From assembly GCA_041484665.1 (NCBI GenBank), contig JBGPIA010000038.1, positions 1 through 10,574 on the forward strand: a stretch of DNA of 10,574 nucleotides, written 5' to 3'. The position numbers and the translations under genes were made by a program. The notes under the pieces were generated by a model. That model saw only the letters and a program-made list of their open reading frames with translations, had not been told where the DNA came from and ran no database searches. Below are positions 1-6,701 of the stretch, piece after piece; within the stretch, counting starts at the first letter, position 1, and each line of letters starts with the position of its first letter. This DNA comes from Candidatus Krumholzibacteriia bacterium. Lineage in GTDB: Bacteria; Krumholzibacteriota; Krumholzibacteriia; JAJRXK01.

Positions 1-74
1 CCGATCTGCTGCCCGACGCCTGGGCTGCTCAGCAAGCGGCGTCGCTACCCGCCCAGAATCAAGCCGCTGCCTGA
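1..74 (+). CDS. tnpC: IS66-family transposase (TnpC), partial, last 23 residues
   Basis: Frame from position 3 reads DLLPDAWAAQQAASLPAQNQAAA-stop (TGA 72-74). DLLPxxW matches the conserved (D/E)LLPxxW end of IS66 TnpC. Not in the ORF track because it is partial. Confidence 0.7.
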   Translation, partial: DLLPDAWAAQQAASLPAQNQAAA

Positions 75-122
75 CCCATCGAGCGCGCTACCCCGCTGCG
101 CGTGACGTCGTATCCTGGGGAT

Positions 123-141
123 GGGATCGCCGGATGGATAC
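123..141 (+). repeat. Candidate right terminal inverted repeat of the IS66 element
   Basis: GGGATCGCCGGATGGATAC about 50 bp after the transposase stop. The partner repeat lies outside the window. Confidence 0.65.
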
Positions 142-178
142 CGGGGTGAGACCATGGACGCTCTGGTCGTGGGAAACA

Positions 179-1981
179 TCAAGCGGATGCCTGATCGCTC
201 TTCAGCTGGACAAATCGCGCCATCGAGACGAGAAGCAGTCCAGTTAGAACCATCGTCGCAGTGTGCGCGTTGAAGCCCTCCGCCGGCACCTTTCCGTGAC
301 AGATCTCATTCCGCAGATTCAACCCCCTCCGGTCCGTCAGCAGCGTTCGGAGGTAGAGCACTGCGTCGCTGCCGAAAAGGCGGTCAACGGATGGATCCCT
401 CAGCAAGGCGTCCAAGTCGCACGGTATGAGCCCCCCACCTTTTGCCTGCTTGTACACCACCCCGCCTGAAAGGCGCACCGACTCGCGGACGCTTGCTTCC
501 AGCACGGTGACCAGGGCATGTGCAGCGCCGATCCAGTCGTCCTCGAAGTAGTGGTCGATAACCCAGGTGAGGACCTCCCGCCGCGACTCGGGAATGACCG
601 GCGAATCAGCGAACCATGCCCGGAGCTGCGGTGCGTTTATTCGCTGTCCAGCGATCAATCTCTCGATGCCCAAGCGCACAAACCCTGACTGGACCGAGAT
701 GTGCTTTCCGCAGTGGTGGACCAGTCGGCCCTCGGGATCGTCCACGACGGATCCGAGCCGCGCGACTGGATCGCCATCTCGATCGAAGAGGTGGACTCCT
801 ACAAGCGACGAGAGGGGGGCCTGCTTCATGAGTTCCTGAAGGTCTTGCTGAGCTTGGCTCTTGCTTCGAATCGTCGAGGCCACGAATCGCCGCAAGCACT
901 CGTCCAGCGATCCGTGCGTGAATTTCTCCATCTGTCGTTCAAAGTCATCTAACGGAATGTGCACCTTGCTCTCGATAGGCTTTGCGTTGGCCCGAGCGCC
1001 TGACCGCAGTGCCTCGACCCGTCGAGCAACGTCGTCTCGTTCGGCGATCATCCCGAATTGGTGCAAGACGGCATGAACTTCTTCGAGTCGAACCATCGCG
1101 ACAAGCGGCTCGGCTTGCCGCAGGAGTCCGTCCATCACGGTGTTGTACGCGCGCAGCACGCGCTCAAGTTCCGCCCGCGTCTGCTTCGCCTGGTAGTACC
1201 GGGCGAGGCGAATCGTGCAAGCCTCAAGCGCGTTCGTGCTTAATTCGGCGCCGGGTGTGGTGGTCGTCAGCGGACGAAATTCATCCTCCAACACGCGTAC
1301 AACCCGGAGTTCCTCGTCAGCGTTCAGCCCCAGCTTCTTGCGGTTCTCCCACAGCACGTCGAAGGCCAGGAGCCTTAGTTGCAACGAGTCTTCGCCTGGC
1401 GGCTCGCTCAAAGCCAGGGCAACCCGCTTGACCTGCCCCATGCGGACAGCGTCCGGAGTGGTGATCGCCAGATCGGCCGCTCTCGCAAGTCCATCGCGGA
1501 GCCGTGGGAGGTTCTTCCAAAGCCTGCCCTCGCATGCCGCGAGGTAGCCGTCGATCGCGTGGCTTGCCCACTCGACCTGCCGTTGTTCCATCGTGAACTT
1601 CGGTGACATGTCCCACAGGACATCGTAGTAGCGAGCGCGCAGTGCGGGGTTCCGCGCAGCGCACGCGAGACCCTTCAGCTCCGCCGCGACCGGGCCCACT
1701 AGGAGCGTAGGATTCGGTTCGACCAGTACGGTCCCTCCGGGGCCCCGCCACACCGCGAAGGGGCGGAAATGCGTTCGCCAGTCATCTGCTTCGTCCTTGC
1801 CGCCGTGCAGGAAACGCAGCGCGACATGGGCTGCCACTGTCCTGGGCGGCTGACCGGCCATGTCCTGGCCATGCTTTCGCACGATTTCGAGGATGTCCTG
1901 CGAGATGTGGAACTCGGCGATAACCGCATCCGCTTGATCCGCCTGATCGAGGAGTGACTGCACTTCTTCGTCGGTCGTCAT
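179..1981 (-). CDS. DUF4209-like HEPN-superfamily protein (~600 aa), putative RNase / defence effector
   Basis: C-terminal GLNLRNEICHG (RxxxxH at nt 296-313), an upstream ExxxR (LEASVR) and a long helical N-terminal region. Start moved from 2038 to ATG 1981 (MTTDEE), which has GGGAAGGG upstream. Confidence 0.8.
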   Translation of the reverse strand: MTTDEEVQSLLDQADQADAVIAEFHISQDILEIVRKHGQDMAGQPPRTVAAHVALRFLHGGKDEADDWRTHFRPFAVWRGPGGTVLVEPNPTLLVGPVAAELKGLACAARNPALRARYYDVLWDMSPKFTMEQRQVEWASHAIDGYLAACEGRLWKNLPRLRDGLARAADLAITTPDAVRMGQVKRVALALSEPPGEDSLQLRLLAFDVLWENRKKLGLNADEELRVVRVLEDEFRPLTTTTPGAELSTNALEACTIRLARYYQAKQTRAELERVLRAYNTVMDGLLRQAEPLVAMVRLEEVHAVLHQFGMIAERDDVARRVEALRSGARANAKPIESKVHIPLDDFERQMEKFTHGSLDECLRRFVASTIRSKSQAQQDLQELMKQAPLSSLVGVHLFDRDGDPVARLGSVVDDPEGRLVHHCGKHISVQSGFVRLGIERLIAGQRINAPQLRAWFADSPVIPESRREVLTWVIDHYFEDDWIGAAHALVTVLEASVRESVRLSGGVVYKQAKGGGLIPCDLDALLRDPSVDRLFGSDAVLYLRTLLTDRRGLNLRNEICHGKVPAEGFNAHTATMVLTGLLLVSMARFVQLKSDQASA

Positions 1982-2011
1982 TGCTAGATACCCTTCCCGG
2001 GAGCCCAACCC

Positions 2012-2040
2012 TAGATAGCGCGCAGTTGGGGCAGGCACAA
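2012..2040 (-). promoter_or_regulatory. Possible sigma70-type promoter for the HEPN gene
   Basis: Minus strand TTGTGC-N17-TATCTA, ending 30 nt upstream of ATG 1981. Both hexamers are imperfect. Confidence 0.3.
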
Positions 2041-2160
2041 GGCGCTGGGTTCTGCCGGAGATTGGCGGTCACGCCACCCGGAGTCCATCTCGCGAGTCCT
2101 CTGCTCCTGTGCCCGCTCCGCCCCCAGGGCCATCGCTCACGTACGCCACCTCCAGGCCGC

Positions 2161-3573
2161 CTACCCCACGCCGCACATCCGCATCGCCTGCGCCTGCATC
2201 GCCGCCAGCGCCACCACCGCGGCGTAGTCGTCGTGCGCGCCAGCGCGGCTGGGATGACCGATCCGCGTCATTCCGCCGGGCACCAGCTCCAGCTCCAGCG
2301 CTCGCAGCTCCTTGATGAGATCGGCGTGGTCGGGCAGCTCGATGCGGCGGTTCACCACCAGCGTGCGCAGCGTGCCGTAGATGTCAGCCTTGCTGGTCTG
2401 CGTGAAGGGCACCTCCTTCAGTTTCAGGCTATAGCCCCACAGCGCCTCACCGATCGGAGCCGCTCCGTACTGGTCGCCGTAAACCTCACAGATCCAGTAC
2501 TCCTTGCACTTCGCCTTGATGTGCGGCAGCACCTCCCGCAGCTGCACTGGCGCGCGCCGCGAGCCCTGCCAGCCGGTAAGGTAGTCGACCACCACCGTCT
2601 GGTTGCGCTCCCACTCGCGGTGAACGATCGCGAAGGTGAAGCGATCGCCCTTGAAGGCCGCGTCGATGGCGGCTACGTAGACGTGGCGGTGGTTGTCCGG
2701 TGGCACGTCCGTCCGCCCGCGCACGATGCACTCGTCGATCGCGTCGCCCGGGAGAAAGCTGCTGAGCGCCTCCGTGAAGGTGGCCTCGTACTCGCGCTCG
2801 TAGGTCTCGGGGTCCCGGCGCTGCTCGCGCTGCAGGAAGCGCTGCGACACGGTCGGGTTCATCAGCGCCGTGGGCGCGTGCCACACCAGCGCGTCGGGGT
2901 CCTCGTTGCGCGCCTGCCACATCTCCCATAAGACGCCGCTCATGGCGTAGGGCGAGCTGACCAGCAGGAGTTTGGCATTGGGGAAGGTCGCCATGGCGGG
3001 CCGCACCGCGCGCACGACCTCGACGTCCGGGTTGCTGTAGCCCTCCTCGGTCCACCAGTAGGCCACCTCATCGCAGATGCAGGCCACGACGGACAGCCCG
3101 CGGATGGCACGGAACGACGAGGGGTGGATGGCGATGGTCACCCGGTTGTCGAGCTCCAACTCCTGAGCGCGGCTGGCCACGACGTGCCCACGCAGCACCG
3201 GGCTGCGCTCGATCTTCCCTTCGACGTACCCCTTCACGACCTTCGCCTGGCGCATGTTCTGGGCAAGCAGCAGGACCACGCCCGTCTCGCCGGCCGACAG
3301 GCGGTGGTCACGAAAGAACGCCTCGTAGATCGCGACGTTGGCCGCGAGCTTGTCGCTCTTGCCGCTGCGCCGCCCGCACACGAAGGCCGCCTCGCGGTAC
3401 TCGGTGCCGGGCCGCCACGCCTGGCCAGCGCAGCGCCGGGCGATCTCCAGCTGGTCCGCTGTCATCGGCAGCCCGTACAGCGCGCGCAGGGCCGCCTCCT
3501 GCGCAGGCGAAATGTCGTCGCCCAGGATGTTTGGGTCGTGGATGGCGCGCAGGATGTCGATCGCAGGCGTCAC
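2161..3573 (-). CDS. terL: Phage terminase large subunit (470 aa)
   Basis: Adenine-binding SPAQ, Walker A CGRRSGKS, Walker B CICDEVA, coupling motif VSSP, and RNase H-like nuclease acidic residues in AAID, YGDQ and HDD. GTG start overlaps the upstream stop (GTGA), with GGAGGG as RBS. Confidence 0.9.
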   Translation of the reverse strand: MTPAIDILRAIHDPNILGDDISPAQEAALRALYGLPMTADQLEIARRCAGQAWRPGTEYREAAFVCGRRSGKSDKLAANVAIYEAFFRDHRLSAGETGVVLLLAQNMRQAKVVKGYVEGKIERSPVLRGHVVASRAQELELDNRVTIAIHPSSFRAIRGLSVVACICDEVAYWWTEEGYSNPDVEVVRAVRPAMATFPNAKLLLVSSPYAMSGVLWEMWQARNEDPDALVWHAPTALMNPTVSQRFLQREQRRDPETYEREYEATFTEALSSFLPGDAIDECIVRGRTDVPPDNHRHVYVAAIDAAFKGDRFTFAIVHREWERNQTVVVDYLTGWQGSRRAPVQLREVLPHIKAKCKEYWICEVYGDQYGAAPIGEALWGYSLKLKEVPFTQTSKADIYGTLRTLVVNRRIELPDHADLIKELRALELELVPGGMTRIGHPSRAGAHDDYAAVVALAAMQAQAMRMCGVG

Positions 3574-4346
3574 GGCGCGTCGCCCTCCACGTCGATCTCA
3601 TCGTCGTCGCCGTCGGTGTCGGCCTCGTCGGTGTCGTCGGCGGCGGCGTCCTCAGGCTCGTCGTGCGGTTCGTCCTGGACAGTGGCATCTGCGATCCGAT
3701 CGGCCACAGCACCGATCTCCACATCGTGGCCGGCGTTCGCCTCCTGGATCTCGCGCAGGTAGTCCTGGAGTCTCGGCCCACGGTGCGGCTGCTGCTCACG
3801 GCGCTCGCTGATCGCCTGCCTGTACTCCCCGAGCACCCGCGTCAGCGCGTTCTCCGTAGTGGTGAGCCGGTCGGCCACGTTGCGGACCTCGCCACTGCGC
3901 AGGTCGATCAAGCCAGCGACCTTGAGGTAGTTCTCGATCTGGAAGATGCGCGAGCGGTGACGGACCACCTGCTCGATTCGGGCATTGTCGCTGGGGGTCG
4001 GCGGGCTGTCCGTGGCTTGCTGCACCTCGTCGATGAGCCCCTCCGCCCACCCAAGCTGCAGGCGGGTGAGGATCGGACAGATCGAGTTCTTGCGTCCCTC
4101 CGGGCAGCTCAGCGGGTGCCGCGGGTCCTTGCGCTTCACATGGTAAAGCGGGCACTGGTTGCAGGTCAGCGAGGTCGGGATCTGCACGGCGTCGCCGCTG
4201 TGCCAGCCATGGCGGGTCGCCCCCTTGTGTGGCCCCACGGTGCCCGCCGGTGGGCGGATTTCCAGCTGCCCGGGCAACGGGCGCAGCTCGGCGGGCAGGT
4301 CCGCCGCTGCGGCCTGTAGCGCCGCCAGGTGCCCGCTCGTCTCCAT
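3570..4346 (-). CDS. Putative terminase small subunit with a Cys4 motif and acidic tail (258 aa)
   Basis: Immediately upstream of and coupled to terL. GATRHGWHS resembles the NAxKHGxxS motif of TerS-like proteins. Also CNQC...C...C, a helical core and a D/E-rich C-terminus. RBS GAGGGGG. Function is inferred mainly from position. Confidence 0.6.
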   Translation of the reverse strand: METSGHLAALQAAAADLPAELRPLPGQLEIRPPAGTVGPHKGATRHGWHSGDAVQIPTSLTCNQCPLYHVKRKDPRHPLSCPEGRKNSICPILTRLQLGWAEGLIDEVQQATDSPPTPSDNARIEQVVRHRSRIFQIENYLKVAGLIDLRSGEVRNVADRLTTTENALTRVLGEYRQAISERREQQPHRGPRLQDYLREIQEANAGHDVEIGAVADRIADATVQDEPHDEPEDAAADDTDEADTDGDDDEIDVEGDAP

Positions 4347-4741
4347 TGCCGCGTATCCCCCTCACACCTAGGCTGTTAGCGCCTCCCGGGGGCCCGCTGG
4401 CTCCTCGACCGCCCGGCCACGCCGGGCCTGATCGGGGGCTCCCGGGGGGTCACGTTCTGCGCCCACCTTGCGGACGTTTCGCTTGCGCACCGCAGGGCCC
4501 CGAGCCCACCCCGAGGCGAATCTGCGGCCCCGAAGATCGGCCAGGTTCTAGCCACTCGCGGGGGCCTTCGTGAGAAAGCAGCGTTTTCCCACTGAGCAGT
4601 AATATCGCGGCAGTATGATCGGCACTGTTCACCGCGTGATTTCCGATCTTTCGCCTCCGCGCGCCGAGTGTATGATCTGCCACGGTGGCAGCGTTCGCTG
4701 ATGCATACACATTCGGCATTCGCCTTGCCCCGCGATCAGCT
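4347..4741. promoter_or_regulatory. Non-coding spacer upstream of the terminase genes; candidate packaging-initiation (cos/pac) and/or promoter region
   Basis: Longest non-coding gap in the gene run. Direct repeat CTCCCGGGGG (4383-4392, 4439-4448), hairpin GCCCGGC-CAC-GCCGGGC (4411-4427), nested inverted repeats at 4663-4717. Confidence 0.4.
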
Positions 4742-5440
4742 TCACACCCCGCCCTGGGCCACCCTTTGCTTTCGACCGTCATTCTCCCCATGGCGTGCCG
4801 CAACGAACTCGCTCGCCATCAGCTCCAGCGTTCGGGCCTTCGGATTGCGCGTTCCCGCCACGTCGTCGCTGGCCAGCTCCACGGCTCGCTCCCACAGCGC
4901 GGCCTGCTTCTTGTCGAGCACGAGCGTGAGCACAACGGGTGCCTCCCCGTCCTGCGCCTCGGCCTCCGCCTCCAGCTCATCGGCGAACCCCTCGGGCACT
5001 TGCAGCAGCGACAGCAGGTCCTGGATCTCGCTCGTGTCGTAGGGCAGCGTCGCCGCCAGATCATCGAGCGGGATGCCCTGCTGCAGATCGTTGAGCAGCT
5101 TGCTGAGCAGCGACGGCACCGCGTCGCCTTTCATCGAGTTCAGGTTGACCGACAAGATCTTCGCGCGCTTGTCATCGAGGCCCTCCAGAACGACGCACGG
5201 GACGGCCTTGTACCCCAGCCGCTCCTTCGCCACGCGCCAGCGGTGCTCGCCGCCGATGATCTCATAGGCGTCTTCTTGCTTCGGATGCGGCCGAACCACG
5301 ATTGGCTCGACGAAGCCCTCGCGCTTCAGGTAGGCGGCCAGCTTCGCCTGCAGCCCGGCGGGCATGCGGTTCACGTTCCACGTATTTGGCACCAACCGGT
5401 CCACGTCGATCTGCACGACCTCGACCTCGTTCGTCTTCAT
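4742..5440 (-). CDS. ParB/sulfiredoxin N-terminal-domain protein, phage type (232 aa)
   Basis: LVPNTWNVN, GFVEPIVVRP and YEIIGGEHRWRVA motifs. ATG overlaps the methyltransferase stop (ATGA), with GGGAGG as RBS. No obvious HTH of chromosomal ParB. Confidence 0.85.
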   Translation of the reverse strand: MKTNEVEVVQIDVDRLVPNTWNVNRMPAGLQAKLAAYLKREGFVEPIVVRPHPKQEDAYEIIGGEHRWRVAKERLGYKAVPCVVLEGLDDKRAKILSVNLNSMKGDAVPSLLSKLLNDLQQGIPLDDLAATLPYDTSEIQDLLSLLQVPEGFADELEAEAEAQDGEAPVVLTLVLDKKQAALWERAVELASDDVAGTRNPKARTLELMASEFVAARHGENDGRKQRVAQGGV

Positions 5441-6474
5441 GATCGCCTCCCGATCACCAGCAGTTCGGCGTTGCGCTCACGACTTGCCTCGCCAGCCAGA
5501 CCAGTGCAGTGCACGTAGCGGATGGCGCGCCCTTCGACCACGGGCCAATGCCGACGGACCATGTCCATCAGCTCGCGTAGGTCGACGAGGTGATTCCCGT
5601 ACGACAGCGCGAGGACTGGGATGTGCGCCGCCGCCTCCAGCAGCGGAGGCAACACCTTGTCGGGTGAGTCCGTGCTGTAGGCGCTCGGCTGGCTGTCCAC
5701 CGGCCCGCCATGCAGGAGCTCGTCGAGCGGGCGGAGTGAGCGCTCGTAGGACTGGGTCCCGGCATACGGCGGGTCGAGGTAGACCACGTCGCCTTGTACG
5801 CCGCGCAGGAACTCGATCGCGTCGCCCTGACAGGCGCGGTTCTCGCGGCCGCTGGAGAAGATGCCAGCATTGATCTGCCGGCGGATCTGCTCGGCCAGCC
5901 GCAGCGGGTGCAGCGGCAGACCCCGGCGCACGACGTCGACCACGTAGGCGGGGTTCATCTCCTCCCACTCGCCGGCCGCAGCCTGTCGCACGATCGTCTT
6001 CGCCCCGAAGTTCCCCATCGGCCGCAGCCGCAGCGCGTACTTCACCGCGAGCAGCTTGGCCAACGATCGCTTGTGACCCTCCAGCGAGTCCGCGTTGGCC
6101 AGCAGCGTATCGAGGAACCGGGCGTGGGCCTCGGGGAAGACGTCCGGCGCGAGGTGCTCCTGCGCGAACTGGCGCCTGTCCTGCCAAACGCACAGCCGCA
6201 CGAGGTCGTCGTGCTGCAGCCGGACGCGGTCGTTCTCGACGAGCGCCCGGCCTACGATCGCGCTGCGCTCGGCCAGGTCGTTGCACAGCACCCGGTACCC
6301 CCGGGCCTTGGCGTACAGGCTCACCGACCCGCCACCCAGGAAGGGGTCGACGAAGACGGGCGCCCCGGCCGGCAGGGGCAGGCCACGGAAGATGGCGCCG
6401 AGCAGCCGGCGCTTGCCGCCGAGGTACGCGGGCAGTGCTCGCAGGATCCGGCTCGCCACGCTTGGCACCGTCAA
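5437..6474 (-). CDS. DNA N6-adenine methyltransferase, Dam-like (D12, alpha-group motif order), ~345 aa
   Basis: PAYLGGKRRL (motif X), DPFLGGGSV (motif I, SAM binding), ND, and DVVYLDPPY (motif IV). The start may be GTG 6468, which is better spaced from GGGAG than TTG 6474. Confidence 0.9.
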   Translation of the reverse strand: MTVPSVASRILRALPAYLGGKRRLLGAIFRGLPLPAGAPVFVDPFLGGGSVSLYAKARGYRVLCNDLAERSAIVGRALVENDRVRLQHDDLVRLCVWQDRRQFAQEHLAPDVFPEAHARFLDTLLANADSLEGHKRSLAKLLAVKYALRLRPMGNFGAKTIVRQAAAGEWEEMNPAYVVDVVRRGLPLHPLRLAEQIRRQINAGIFSSGRENRACQGDAIEFLRGVQGDVVYLDPPYAGTQSYERSLRPLDELLHGGPVDSQPSAYSTDSPDKVLPPLLEAAAHIPVLALSYGNHLVDLRELMDMVRRHWPVVEGRAIRYVHCTGLAGEASRERNAELLVIGRRS

Positions 6475-6701
6475 ACTCCCCGCTCGCTGGCCACGTCGCG
6501 CCGCGGCGATCGTTCAGTCGTTCCATATCGTTCGACACACCGTTCAGTCTTGCCAACTCGTTGATGCCAAGCGACTTCCGATGTTGTGTACCAGCCATAC
6601 CGAACAGTTGAACCGTAGTTCGCTATCTTTATCCTTATATCTACCCTCTCGCGTGGAGATACCGGAGAAAGGTTCGAGGGTTCGGACCGTTCAATGCTCA
6701 T
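6471..6701 (-). CDS. Possible 76-aa hypothetical protein spanning the candidate origin
   Basis: ATG 6701 overlaps the primase stop (ATGA), and its TGA overlaps the methyltransferase TTG (TTGA). No recognisable motif; composition is atypical. Confidence 0.3.
   Translation of the reverse strand: MSIERSEPSNLSPVSPRERVDIRIKIANYGSTVRYGWYTTSEVAWHQRVGKTERCVERYGTTERSPRRDVASERGV
6511..6692. repeat. Iteron-like GTTC/GAAC repeat cluster with an AT-rich core; candidate replication origin
   Basis: CGTTC at 6511, 6519, 6529, 6541, 6688; GGTTC at 6671, 6679; AGTTC at 6617; inverted CGAAC at 6601 and TGAAC at 6609. AT-rich TATCTTTATCCTTATATCTA at 6624-6643. Lies directly downstream of the primase-helicase gene. 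Confidence 0.65.

Larger units (their letters stand above)
1..141 (+). mobile_element. Right end of an IS66-family insertion sequence (truncated by the window edge)
   Basis: Transposase-like C-terminus ends at 74, followed by GGGATCGCCGGATGGATAC ending at 141. Its reverse complement GTATCCATCCGGCGATCCC resembles IS66 terminal inverted repeats (GTAAGCG/GTATCC-type starts). Confidence 0.75.

Noticed and set aside
1982..2038. First 19 codons of the 619-aa ORF
   Set aside because: ATG 1981 has a purine-rich RBS, and the extension overlaps the candidate promoter.
3590..3680. TCG/GTC-rich quasi-repeat
   Set aside because: Explained by Asp/Glu codons of the acidic tail of the TerS-like protein.
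4626..4633. Exact P4 iteron octamer TGTTCACC
   Set aside because: Single copy, compatible with chance.
4450..4803. 117-aa minus-strand ORF in the ParB-TerS spacer
   Set aside because: Overlaps the ParB 3' end, has no motif or clear RBS, and crosses repeat-rich sequence better explained as cis-acting DNA.
4742..5440. ParABS partition system
   Set aside because: No ParA, no evident HTH, a GGEHR rather than GERR motif, and no canonical parS seen.
6511..6692. CRISPR array or tandem repeat
   Set aside because: Repeats are only 4-9 bp, irregularly spaced and in both orientations, and no cas genes are present.
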